Virus record (IMG/VR): IMGVR_UViG_3300005805_000046
Coordinates: 1-64,000 of that record
Direction: 5' to 3' (one strand)
From: a virus
DNA length: 64,000 nucleotides
The notes beneath the pieces are model-generated. The model worked only from the letters and a program-made list of their open reading frames with translations, did no database searches and was not told the origin of the DNA. Positions 46,999-55,987 of the stretch are shown one piece after another. The position numbers were made by a program, and so were the translations under genes. The first letter of the stretch is position 1. Each line of letters starts with the position of its first letter.

Positions 46999-47508
46999 TT
47001 ATACTACTCTTTCTTCGATAAGTCGCATAACTTCTCTAGCTTCAAAGACTTTACCTATTCCAATTCTAAAGCGATATCTAGTAAAAACATCTAATGTTTC
47101 TACACCGTCTGTATTTTCAATAATATGAGCAATATTCTTAGAAATTGCAAAATTGGTGTGACCCATCCAAAAATTAAAAATTTTACTGCTAGCAGTATAT
47201 TCATTATATGGGATCAATCCCATAGGAGTTGCTATAACTTTGACAGAATCTCCGATTTTTTTAATCTGGTCTACGGATTCTTCTTCTGCTGGTTCTTCGT
47301 CATCTAAAAAATTCATGTTATCTACGTCTATTTCGTTTTCGTCATAGCCCAAAAAGGGGTCTCTCCACTTCTCCCATGCTATGCTTTTTTGACGCTTATC
47401 AAGAATCATTTTATCGAGCCTCAGTGTTTGAATACTTGGGTTGGTCTGATCAAAGGAAGGTCGTCGTCTTTGGACCCTTTGTTTCTTTGTTCCAGTGAGC
47501 GCTGCCAA
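46999..47508 (-). CDS. Hypothetical protein (probable start ~47409)
   Basis: WEKWRDPF, FNFWMGHTNF, TRYRFRIGIGKVF. Confidence 0.6.
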   Translation of the reverse strand: MAALTGTKKQRVQRRRPSFDQTNPSIQTLRLDKMILDKRQKSIAWEKWRDPFLGYDENEIDVDNMNFLDDEEPAEEESVDQIKKIGDSVKVIATPMGLIPYNEYTASSKIFNFWMGHTNFAISKNIAHIIENTDGVETLDVFTRYRFRIGIGKVFEAREVMRLIEERVV

Positions 47509-47828
47509 AAAAACAAAACATTGTTATAGAATAATAAGTTATTATTGGAATTTTTCTTTAATAGCTCAATATTATTTAACATCAATTCTGTTAATCCAAT
47601 ACTATCCCCACATAATTGATTTAGCATAAGGCCGAGCGACTCCGCCTGCTTGATCATTCTGTTGTCCTCAATATCATAAGGATAAGCATCTATAATGCTA
47701 GCGATTTTATTCGTTTTGCAGTCCATTAGTACGCTTATGAGTACTAGATCTTTATCTTCTGTTGCTATTGTGCTTTCTTGTTCTTTTTTTTTAAAGAAAT
47801 AACTAATAAGTTTATTTATTTTGAACAT
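47421..47828 (-). CDS. Hypothetical protein
   Basis: ORF on the dominant strand. Confidence 0.55.
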   Translation of the reverse strand: MFKINKLISYFFKKKEQESTIATEDKDLVLISVLMDCKTNKIASIIDAYPYDIEDNRMIKQAESLGLMLNQLCGDSIGLTELMLNNIELLKKNSNNNLLFYNNVLFFWQRSLEQRNKGSKDDDLPLIRPTQVFKH

Positions 47829-48196
47829 AGAAGAGCCTTCCTTAGTATTTGGCTATGTGGCAATATACTATCCCCAATAATCCAGCTACTACTATTTAGT
47901 CGCGTAGCATATGGAATATAGCAACTATAGTATATATGGGTTTGCAGAATTTTTTGTTCACTATAAAAGATATCTATATCCAATAATTTCGGCTGAGCCC
48001 AATTGTAATCAAGATCAATGTACTTATCGTATAATCCCTTCACAATCTCGTTAACGGATATTTCTTTAGTTTTATCTTTATCTGTCAATGAATCAAGATT
48101 AAGAGACGGCAGCCTCATAGTCTCCGAATCAACGGACAATAGATAAAGAGAACCCTCGTTAAAAGAATGTGCTAGTAAATTAATTAGCGTTAGCAT
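47816..48196 (-). CDS. Hypothetical protein (possible degenerate Nudix fold)
   Basis: LYLLS...RLPS...SVNEIVKGLYDKYI resembles Nudix topology but lacks the Nudix box. Confidence 0.35.
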   Translation of the reverse strand: MLTLINLLAHSFNEGSLYLLSVDSETMRLPSLNLDSLTDKDKTKEISVNEIVKGLYDKYIDLDYNWAQPKLLDIDIFYSEQKILQTHIYYSCYIPYATRLNSSSWIIGDSILPHSQILRKALLCSK

Positions 48197-48749
48197 AAAA
48201 CCTTAGTATATTAATACTCTTATTAATGTTCTGCCTGATAGCCTCTCTAGTAACATTATAAATCTGACCTATCTCGGATAAAGTTTTATTTTCATAATAA
48301 TATAGGATTACTTGTTCTTTTTGCTTTTCTGTTAAGGGAGCAGCATTAATTAGCTCTTTGATATTTTTAGATAGGTTATCGCCTTCTTCTTTTTGAGCAA
48401 AAATCTTTGCTGGATCAGACAAATCAATACAGCTTGAATGCTCTATAGCGTGTTGAATCTGTGATTGGTCTTTTTTCTGTTTTCTATATCTCTGCGTTGC
48501 ATATGTTTTTATTGCCCAAATAGCACACTGGTTTCGATAAGAATAAAGACTCTTGCTTAGTCCAGTTTTTTTGCCTTTACGGTCTCCGTCCCACTTCCAA
48601 TCCGCTATCATGATCGCTTCGGCAATCTCAGATACGGCCTCGTCGTTCGATAGGATTTCCTTTACGAGAGAAGGATACATCTTTGATCCAAATTTAGAGA
48701 TAGTTTTTTTTGCTATATGTAAATAATTATCCAGGGTGTCGAATTCCAT
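48180..48749 (-). CDS. Phage RNA polymerase sigma factor (sigma70 family)
   Basis: Region 2-like ADWKWD...SYRNQCAIWAI; region 4 LTEKQK..YYENKTLSEIGQIYNVTREAIRQ. Confidence 0.85.
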   Translation of the reverse strand: MEFDTLDNYLHIAKKTISKFGSKMYPSLVKEILSNDEAVSEIAEAIMIADWKWDGDRKGKKTGLSKSLYSYRNQCAIWAIKTYATQRYRKQKKDQSQIQHAIEHSSCIDLSDPAKIFAQKEEGDNLSKNIKELINAAPLTEKQKEQVILYYYENKTLSEIGQIYNVTREAIRQNINKSINILRFYANAN

Positions 48750-48792
48750 TATTAGTCCTTATGTAAAGAGTCCTTAATTAATCAATATCTAA

Positions 48793-49254
48793 CTAGCTTA
48801 GTTTTTTCCACTGCTTCGGGTCTGGCCTGTCCGGATCTCCGGGTTTAGCTGGTTTATAATTTTTACCTTCCCTTTCTTTTTTTCTCCTGATATTTTCCCA
48901 AAGTCCAGGCTTGTTTGCCCCTTCTGTGTTATCGGCAGCGTCAGAAACATACATGACAAAATCGTGAATCGTTCTCATGTAATCCTCTGTGATGGCGATT
49001 TTACCCTGTAGCCAGCTTTCTGTCAAGTTTTCGCTGACTCCGGGGTTCTCTAGACTATCCAATATTGACTTGGCATTAGACATTATAGCCCTCAAAGAAC
49101 CAACACTCATGTTATAAAAGTCTTTCTTGTATTCCATCATTTCTTGTTCTGTCGTTTCTTTTTCTGTGTCCTCGACAGACATAAAATCTGATGATTCTTC
49201 GCTTGAAGCAAAATACTGTTTGATATTATTTAGTATCTCATTAAGTCGTGACAT
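48793..49254 (-). CDS. Hypothetical phage protein
   Basis: ESWLQGKIAITEDY and KPGLWENIRRKK motifs. Confidence 0.6.
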   Translation of the reverse strand: MSRLNEILNNIKQYFASSEESSDFMSVEDTEKETTEQEMMEYKKDFYNMSVGSLRAIMSNAKSILDSLENPGVSENLTESWLQGKIAITEDYMRTIHDFVMYVSDAADNTEGANKPGLWENIRRKKEREGKNYKPAKPGDPDRPDPKQWKKLS

Positions 49255-49256
49255 GT

Positions 49257-49844
49257 TTAAGCCTGTATACTGAGGAAGTTGTCTAAACCCATTTGATCAA
49301 TTAGCTTCAAGAAACCTTCGTACAAAACAATACCGTTCTCGCTACCTTGTAGTAGAGGTATCATAATATTAGCTGTCAGTTCGTCACCCACCGATCTTGC
49401 GGCGACAATAGTGGCCTTTTCTGCTTCTGCCGCTTCTTTTACAGACGCTAGGTTGTACTGTATCATTGCTAGCATATCGTGTCTTTTCCATACTGGCGGA
49501 GCAACAGTAAGAGGCTGATAATCTGCATCAAAAAATTCTAATCTTTTAAGATTTTCCATAGCATGAAGATGTTCTTCTTTTGCGTCTTCTCTTATGGTGT
49601 CAGCCAGTTTCTTATATCCCCAGCGTTCAAGGTGGACAGCTTGGGCAGATAGGGACGTTGTTTGTTGCCAGTGGATATTTAGGGACTTTTTAAGTAAATC
49701 GATAACAGTCTCTGTGGTGTAGTTTTGTACTTGCTGTGCTTTGGATTCTGACATATTTGTTACCTTGCTTTGTTCTAATAGTTCTGATATAGATTTATTC
49801 ATATTATTCACCATGATTTGCAAGCCCAGTATCTTGCTTTCCAT
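49257..49844 (-). CDS. Bacterioferritin-like protein with altered metal ligands
   Basis: ERWGYKKLA, EEHLHA, SVGDELTA, LIDQMGLDNFL. Confidence 0.8.
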   Translation of the reverse strand: MESKILGLQIMVNNMNKSISELLEQSKVTNMSESKAQQVQNYTTETVIDLLKKSLNIHWQQTTSLSAQAVHLERWGYKKLADTIREDAKEEHLHAMENLKRLEFFDADYQPLTVAPPVWKRHDMLAMIQYNLASVKEAAEAEKATIVAARSVGDELTANIMIPLLQGSENGIVLYEGFLKLIDQMGLDNFLSIQA

Positions 49845-50320
49845 TTGGGTCCAGGACTATCGCACCTCATTCTTGCTCTAAAACTTTTTCGTCTTTCTGG
49901 TATGTTCTTTTTTATAGTCATATTTGGATCACCAAAATTAACCTTCACTACATTTCCTTTATCATTTTTAACATATACACTAAACTTCTTTGGGCCATCT
50001 GGAGTTCTAAATGGCTTATTGAGCGTAACTTTTTTGCCGGTTTTTTCAGCGGCGATTGCTATTCCGTCTTCGTCTATAATATCTTTGGCCTCGATCTCCC
50101 ATACAAATTCGTCCCATTCATCGTCCCATTGGCAATTATTGGCCAAAAGCTGGTCATGAACTTCCTCAATAAAAGATCCTTTATTTTTTTTGCTTTGACC
50201 CAAACATATGGCTACTCTCTGCTTGGTGTCTGGATACTCGTTTTTCATTACCTCGCTACTCATGCAACGAGAAACGAACTTTTCTTTGTCTTCATTTGAT
50301 TTTTTGTCTGGTATGGGCAT
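49808..50320 (-). CDS. Hypothetical phage protein
   Basis: KFVSRCMS; LNKPFRTP..KKFSVYVK..FGDP..SFRAR..YWAC. Confidence 0.65.
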   Translation of the reverse strand: MPIPDKKSNEDKEKFVSRCMSSEVMKNEYPDTKQRVAICLGQSKKNKGSFIEEVHDQLLANNCQWDDEWDEFVWEIEAKDIIDEDGIAIAAEKTGKKVTLNKPFRTPDGPKKFSVYVKNDKGNVVKVNFGDPNMTIKKNIPERRKSFRARMRCDSPGPKWKARYWACKSW

Positions 50321-50339
50321 ACTATCCTCCTGTGTAATC

Positions 50340-51479
50340 TTATATACACTTTATGAGAGTATCAACAGAATTTTGCCAAGAATACTTGATACCTGTTTCT
50401 AGGCCTGCTAAATTAGTTGTAATTTTAGATTTGGCCACTAATCTCATTAAGTTGATTATTTGCTCTTTTTGATTTGGTCCAATTTTTGCCCATTCTCCAT
50501 GACCAAAAAACCATTTACCGTCATACGCTGGTTCGAGTTCGTCTATGTCAACAAGATAAGAGTTTTTATCCGTACAAAACTCTGTATGAGCAGAATAGTT
50601 TGTTGTTATAACCGGCTTATTCATACTCATCATTTCCAATAACTCAAGATTCCAGCCTTCGGCCCTAGACAAAAAGATACCACAATCAGCCTGTGCTATT
50701 TTGTTAGCTATATCAAGTTGAGTTGGTAGTCTAGGTATAATTTTAATTTTATCTTTCATTGGTCCTGTTTGATAGTAGTTATGCCATTCAAATAACTCTT
50801 TGTCAGAAAAACAAGACTTGTCCGACGATGCTGCAATCCAAAGTTCAACATTGTCAGATGGGGAAAAGGCTTTATTAAAAACTTCGTGCAGTATATCGTG
50901 ACCCTTTCTAATTTCCCATTTGCCTATAGCTAAAAACACATATGGATCCTCATCTTTTCTTGATCTCATATTCGATAGTTCTGGATTAAAAATTTCTCTA
51001 TTCACCCCCAAAGGAACAACTGTGATTTGTTTATTTATTCCATTTGACAATATGATGTCCTTAGCCCATTGTGATGCTACGACTAATTCGTCTGGTACAT
51101 TAAGATGAATCAGTTCTCTTTCGTTGAACTTATCTGCTTCGAAAAAAGGAAATGCTATGTACTTACCAGTTCCTATTCTTTCGGCCAAATCGAATTGGTG
51201 CCATATTTTGAGACACGTTGCTTTACTATCAAAAGACCTATGACTCAGCTTGACTAATAAGTTATTTTCCTCCTCACTATCCAACTGAGGTAGTGATGTA
51301 AACTTTTGTACGGAAATGGGGAAAACTGTTGTATCTACGCCCGTTAGGTCTAGATGTTTCGTTAGATTCCATCCAACAACGCCATATCCGGTATATCCTA
51401 CTGGGGTATTAATTAGAATTTTTTTCATATATTTTATTGTGAGTATTATTAACTTGTATAAAGGTTGTTTTTTTGCCAA
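50340..51479 (-). CDS. Glycosyltransferase GT4 (probable start at MKKILIN)
   Basis: IGKWEIRKGHD, SRAEGWNLELLEMMSMNKPVITT. Confidence 0.88.
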   Translation of the reverse strand: MAKKQPLYKLIILTIKYMKKILINTPVGYTGYGVVGWNLTKHLDLTGVDTTVFPISVQKFTSLPQLDSEEENNLLVKLSHRSFDSKATCLKIWHQFDLAERIGTGKYIAFPFFEADKFNERELIHLNVPDELVVASQWAKDIILSNGINKQITVVPLGVNREIFNPELSNMRSRKDEDPYVFLAIGKWEIRKGHDILHEVFNKAFSPSDNVELWIAASSDKSCFSDKELFEWHNYYQTGPMKDKIKIIPRLPTQLDIANKIAQADCGIFLSRAEGWNLELLEMMSMNKPVITTNYSAHTEFCTDKNSYLVDIDELEPAYDGKWFFGHGEWAKIGPNQKEQIINLMRLVAKSKITTNLAGLETGIKYSWQNSVDTLIKCI

Positions 51480-52551
51480 AATCTTTGATTTTATCTGCGC
51501 CTATATAGGTGCATGCGCTTCTGATGCCTCCGTATACGTCTTGCAAAACATCTTCTGCTTTACCCTTATAATTAACGGTAACGCATTTACCTTCTGCTGT
51601 TCTGTATTTTGCTATTCCATTGTGATGTTTGTTCATGGCTTGCTCAGAACTCATTCCATAATATTTTAAGGATTTCTTTCTTTTTTCGGCTTGGTACCCT
51701 GGATCGAAAGGCTGCCACCACTCAGAATGAATCGTTCTGTCATTATTCATAATCTGACACAGATATTCATATACCCATTCTCCCTCACATTCATCACAAC
51801 CAGCAAACATACTGCCAAGCATTACAAAATCACTATTGCCCCCTAGAGCCTTACAAATATCTCCTACATACTTGCACCCACCGTCTGAGCATATGTGACC
51901 ACCAAGACCGTGTGCTGCGTCAGAACATTCCATAACGGCGCTCAGTTGTGGGTATCCAACGCCAGTTTTTAAACGAGTGGTACATACGCTGCCAGAACCT
52001 ATACCAACCTTGACTATATCTACTTTACCATGAATGATGAGTTCTTCAACCATTTCTGGAGTAACCACATTTCCTGCCATAAGAATAATTTCAGGAAATA
52101 ATTTACGAATATGAGCAGCGGTTTTGACAAATTGTTCTGTATATCCATTAGCAACATCGAGACATACATTTGGTATGATCCCGCCTGCGCTTTTGATTAC
52201 ATCAAATATGTTTTCTAGTTTATGTATATCTTTATGAGAAGTTCCAGTAGAATACCAAATAAAGTCTGTATCGGTGGTGAAGCTGAATAATTTAATCAAA
52301 TTATCTGTATCGTAATGTTTATGTAGACAGGTTATTGCTTTGTGTTTGGAAATAGACTTGGCCATATCAACCGTTCCCACGGTATCCATATTAGCAATCA
52401 TAATTGGTACGCAATTTAGTTGTCGTTGACTATGAGCAAACTTAAACGTTCTCATCAAATCCACTTCTGATCTACTTTTCAAGGCGGATCTTTTGGGGCG
52501 AATAAGAACATCATCAAAATCTAGTTTAGTTTCATTGATTATTTTTTGCAT
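51409..52551 (-). CDS. guaC: GMP reductase
   Basis: KLDFDDVLIRPKRS, ANMDTVG, DVANGY, KVGIGSGSVCTTR, SDGG, YYGMSS. Confidence 0.95.
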   Translation of the reverse strand: MQKIINETKLDFDDVLIRPKRSALKSRSEVDLMRTFKFAHSQRQLNCVPIMIANMDTVGTVDMAKSISKHKAITCLHKHYDTDNLIKLFSFTTDTDFIWYSTGTSHKDIHKLENIFDVIKSAGGIIPNVCLDVANGYTEQFVKTAAHIRKLFPEIILMAGNVVTPEMVEELIIHGKVDIVKVGIGSGSVCTTRLKTGVGYPQLSAVMECSDAAHGLGGHICSDGGCKYVGDICKALGGNSDFVMLGSMFAGCDECEGEWVYEYLCQIMNNDRTIHSEWWQPFDPGYQAEKRKKSLKYYGMSSEQAMNKHHNGIAKYRTAEGKCVTVNYKGKAEDVLQDVYGGIRSACTYIGADKIKDFGKKTTFIQVNNTHNKIYEKNSN

Positions 52552-53287
52552 TTTGCAGATCGTCCGATGTGTATGGGGACATATGATTCATAGTGTGCCA
52601 CTCTGTTTCATCCATATTGTACTGGTTCGCAACCAAAGATGAGTATGTTCCATTTTTGGCTCCTATATTTTGTATCCTAGAAATAATAGGTCTGGCCTGA
52701 TAATACCCTAATTTTTGAAATATATTGTTGTGCAGGTGTGTGTCCCAAGAGCCGTATCTGTTTTCTCTGTCTTGAAACTGAGTCCAATTATTGATGATAA
52801 TGTCGGACTTGTTTTTCCAAAAAGCACAACCCCAACATATAAAGCTGGATTCTTTGATTATTTCTTTATATCTTTCTGGTTCTAGAATGGTAGTTTTATT
52901 ATATCCAGAAATAGACAAAATCGAAGATTCGTCCTTATATTTATTTAGATTTTCTGTGTAGAAATTTATAGCGTCTCTGGTTGGTATCGTGTCATCTTCA
53001 AGATGAATAACCGCATCATGATTACTTATCGCTAATTCTATTGCCTGTTTTGTATTTTTGTTACAGCCGAGAGACGGGTTATTGACGACTATAATTTTAT
53101 TAAACTGATTTAAACTATTGACATATTTAACAATAGAACTATGGTAGTAGTCTACTGAAATATAGATAGGGGTATTATTTTTATTAGCCAGACTCAGAGA
53201 TTTATCCAAAGCCCTGAACATAGTAGACAGGTAGTCTAGTCTTTTATAGCAAGTGACCGATATTGCTATGTCTAAATCATTCGGCAT
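52532..53287 (-). CDS. Glycosyltransferase, GT-A fold
   Basis: YKRLDY, YISVD, IHLEDD, CWGCAFW, SRIQNIG. Confidence 0.8.
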   Translation of the reverse strand: MPNDLDIAISVTCYKRLDYLSTMFRALDKSLSLANKNNTPIYISVDYYHSSIVKYVNSLNQFNKIIVVNNPSLGCNKNTKQAIELAISNHDAVIHLEDDTIPTRDAINFYTENLNKYKDESSILSISGYNKTTILEPERYKEIIKESSFICWGCAFWKNKSDIIINNWTQFQDRENRYGSWDTHLHNNIFQKLGYYQARPIISRIQNIGAKNGTYSSLVANQYNMDETEWHTMNHMSPYTSDDLQNAKNNQ

Positions 53288-53819
53288 TACTGTCTACCAT
53301 GACTTTGGGCCTGTGCTTAAAGTAAGACTCGCCGTATGTTACAAAAATTTCTTCACCCCTACTGATTGGGCGATTGGCTATAATATCAACATATAGATTT
53401 TTATGATTAAATTTCATATCGGCGGTATTGTCATCTTGGTGGTTATATATCATGCCGTGGCCGAGAACCATATAAAAAATAAATCCATTGGTTTTACACT
53501 CATTGCACTCGCATAGGGGTTTTGTATAACAGTAGGACCATATTGCATTATCTGTGTGTTGTTTAGACCTGAGCTGTAAAGGAACGATTGGGCATCTCTC
53601 TATGAGTTCTCCTTCTTCTATATTATCCGTAGCGAATACTCCTCTGCCGCCAACGAGAGAATGTCCGTATTTGATTTTGTATGTTTCAACAAATGGATAC
53701 GGAGCATTTCTGTCGTAGGTATCCTTTGGGATTACTGTGGAGTGTTCATTAGTCTGCGACTGCTGGGCCGCTATGTTAGTGGAGTCCGACCACCAAGCAT
53801 TATTCTCTTCCGATATCAT
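53277..53819 (-). CDS. SET-domain methyltransferase
   Basis: GRGVFA, IYNH, ISRGEEIFVTYG. Confidence 0.88.
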   Translation of the reverse strand: MISEENNAWWSDSTNIAAQQSQTNEHSTVIPKDTYDRNAPYPFVETYKIKYGHSLVGGRGVFATDNIEEGELIERCPIVPLQLRSKQHTDNAIWSYCYTKPLCECNECKTNGFIFYMVLGHGMIYNHQDDNTADMKFNHKNLYVDIIANRPISRGEEIFVTYGESYFKHRPKVMVDSNAE

Positions 53820-54357
53820 TATTGCTCCCTACATCAAAAAAGTACCATCTTTTATGTGTTTCTATATTTTCACTAGAATCAATATGCAATAAATATGTCT
53901 TGATTTCGTCCCAAGTAGAAAAAATCATTTGATGAGGAATAGTCCCAAAAAGCCAGTCTGGAGTATGAGATTTTCCTTGTTCCATATGTACTATGATAGG
54001 CTTTTTTTGTCTATTTGCCAAAAAAATTTCTTCTAATGTTCCGCACGGATGTACTGTGATATCCAGATTAACTATCAAAAAATCGCTGATGTCTACCAAA
54101 CGTAGATCTACCGCACGAATAACTTTCATCATAGATGACAGTTCGTCGTATCTGCCTTTTTCTTTAAGCTTGGTTTTTATTAGGTGAGTATCTGTATCCT
54201 CAAGGCCGATATCGGTTGGTTTGCTGATAGGATTAAACACCACAACGCCCAAACTCTCCAAAAACGGAGTTATATTGTCTCTCCAGGTTGCTCCCCTGTC
54301 GGCAACTCTGTCCATAGCTCCAGCTAAATAACATCTTTGTTTATTTATTCTGTTCAT
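53800..54357 (-). CDS. Nucleoside 2-deoxyribosyltransferase-like protein
   Basis: YLAGAM, WRD, VFNP, DLRLVDISD, GTLEEI..A..KKPI. Confidence 0.8.
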   Translation of the reverse strand: MNRINKQRCYLAGAMDRVADRGATWRDNITPFLESLGVVVFNPISKPTDIGLEDTDTHLIKTKLKEKGRYDELSSMMKVIRAVDLRLVDISDFLIVNLDITVHPCGTLEEIFLANRQKKPIIVHMEQGKSHTPDWLFGTIPHQMIFSTWDEIKTYLLHIDSSENIETHKRWYFFDVGSNNDIGRE

Positions 54358-54446
54358 TAGTTTTCCGAAGTTAAAAGTCCTCTTATTACCCCAGCAACAA
54401 TGACAGCTATAAAAGCAAAATAAAGATTATAGTCTATGTGGATCAT
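54357..54446 (-). CDS. 29-aa single-TM peptide (not in the ORF track)
   Basis: MIHIDYNLYFAFIAVIVAGVIRGLLTSEN; TAATG coupling. Confidence 0.45.
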   Translation of the reverse strand: MIHIDYNLYFAFIAVIVAGVIRGLLTSEN

Positions 54447-54449
54447 GTT

Positions 54450-54722
54450 TTATAGCTCAAAAATAAATCCATTATTATTAGCAGGATTAATAATCTCTAC
54501 TGTTTTAATGTTTTCTACTGCTCGCAGAGCGTCGAGCAGATCTGGAATTTGATCAATATTCATTCCCTGAAAATTCGCCATAATACCCTGTAGCTGCATA
54601 AACATATCTGCTTGTTTCTTAAAGTCTGACAGAGATTCGGATGACTCCACAAAGATTCTAACCATCATTGTGGGAAAACGAAAGTTTGTAACTGTCTTAT
54701 ATTTTTCTATTGGTGTGGTCAT
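54450..54722 (-). CDS. Hypothetical protein
   Basis: Coupled ORF. Confidence 0.55.
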   Translation of the reverse strand: MTTPIEKYKTVTNFRFPTMMVRIFVESSESLSDFKKQADMFMQLQGIMANFQGMNIDQIPDLLDALRAVENIKTVEIINPANNNGFIFEL

Positions 54723-55279
54723 GATCTAATTTCTTTCTTACGAGTATGGTGATTAATATATACATAAACTCCGACATCGTGCCAGATATCGTTGATTAAT
54801 TCGGAAATAAAATTCCAGTCTCCACCAGCCAAACCGGAACCAAATTTTGGAGCATGAATTTCTACGCATGTTTCTTCTGAATTGGCATATAGATTAGTAT
54901 AGAACTTCCTTACGTCCACCATGCAATATACTAAGGCGGCGTAGTTTATTGGTCTCTTGTTTTTATTGCTTATTATCCCATTTTGAGCTATCATGTTTGC
55001 AACAACAACCTTATTTTTTCTCTGGTTGTCTTCTATTGCGGTAACGAACTGCACCTTTCCTAGTTTGGCGTCGGGCCGTCCTAATAGGTGGAAATTTTCC
55101 TTGACAAGAGGAAACTTATCTCCTAAAGCCTTTGCAAAACCTGCTCCAAATAAATCTACATTATTGCATACGTGAGGAATAATAATTGTGTGATTATTAA
55201 TCCCTCCGTTAGTTATCCTAGAGACAGCAGACTCTATAGTATTTCCTTTAACTGTTGTAAATTCTTTCGTGTTCTTCAT
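54719..55279 (-). CDS. Macrodomain protein (ADP-ribose binding/hydrolase)
   Basis: VKGN, HVCNNVDLFGAGFA, ANMIAQ, APKFGSGLAGGDW. Confidence 0.85.
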   Translation of the reverse strand: MKNTKEFTTVKGNTIESAVSRITNGGINNHTIIIPHVCNNVDLFGAGFAKALGDKFPLVKENFHLLGRPDAKLGKVQFVTAIEDNQRKNKVVVANMIAQNGIISNKNKRPINYAALVYCMVDVRKFYTNLYANSEETCVEIHAPKFGSGLAGGDWNFISELINDIWHDVGVYVYINHHTRKKEIRS

Positions 55280-55539
55280 GTGATCCTATCCCATTTATCT
55301 AAAGGACACTTTTGATCTGCCCATGCCAGCTTATTCATAAAAATCTTTTTATCCGAAATAGCGCACCCGCACACTAAGCACTGATGATTTTTGGTGTCAA
55401 ATTTATCGCACGACAGGCATACTTTGAGCCTATCGTTAATCTGCTCCTGTGTTGACTTTGGGAATCCTGCCCATACGTGCCACCAGAGAGAATACAAAAA
55501 TGTTTTGAGTTTAGATAGTGTTATTGTTTGTAGTTTCAT
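55276..55539 (-). CDS. DUF6171-like Cys-cluster protein
   Basis: RLKVCLSC..CLVCGC..KLAWADQKCPLDKW. Confidence 0.65.
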   Translation of the reverse strand: MKLQTITLSKLKTFLYSLWWHVWAGFPKSTQEQINDRLKVCLSCDKFDTKNHQCLVCGCAISDKKIFMNKLAWADQKCPLDKWDRIT

Positions 55540-55750
55540 TTTCTCGCAGCTTTACAAGATTATTGCTGTTATCTAGAATATATCCCTGAATCTCATCCAC
55601 AGATGCGTCTGAATTAAGCCAAGAAGGGAATCCGTCTTTTACAGATATACACATGCGGCATCCATTTTTTTTAAAGTCGCTAGTCAATATCCAATATGAC
55701 GATCCATAAAGAAACAAAGTTCCTGGTGAGAGTTCTTCTAAATATTTCAT
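55511..55750 (-). CDS. Hypothetical protein
   Basis: Coupled ORF. Confidence 0.55.
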   Translation of the reverse strand: MKYLEELSPGTLFLYGSSYWILTSDFKKNGCRMCISVKDGFPSWLNSDASVDEIQGYILDNSNNLVKLRENETTNNNTI

Positions 55751-55950
55751 TACCTGTAATCTTCTTTCCAGTTTTCCCAGTCTGCATCTTCTTCCAATAA
55801 AGCTTTTCTTTTTTGTTTGAAAAACTTATTCAGTTTAGCTTGGTCTCTCTGGTCTTCGTCGATTGTTTTTTTAACAAATTTTTTTTTGTTTTTTTTATTC
55901 GGCTTACTGTTGTCGAACTCGTCAAAATTATTCATAATCTCTCCGGACAC
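55750..55950 (-). CDS. Small charged protein
   Basis: Lys-rich with an acidic end. Confidence 0.5.
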   Translation of the reverse strand: MSGEIMNNFDEFDNSKPNKKNKKKFVKKTIDEDQRDQAKLNKFFKQKRKALLEEDADWENWKEDYR

Positions 55951-55959
55951 TCCTACTTC

Positions 55960-55987
55960 ATTATCTACGAATCGAACCCGTTGTCAA
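55960..55987 (-). promoter_or_regulatory. Putative sigma70-type promoter
   Basis: TTGACA-N16-GATAAT on the minus strand. Confidence 0.4.

Noticed and set aside
55966-55981. GGGTTCGATTC T-loop-like sequence
   Set aside because: No supporting stems; it lies in the spacer of a putative promoter
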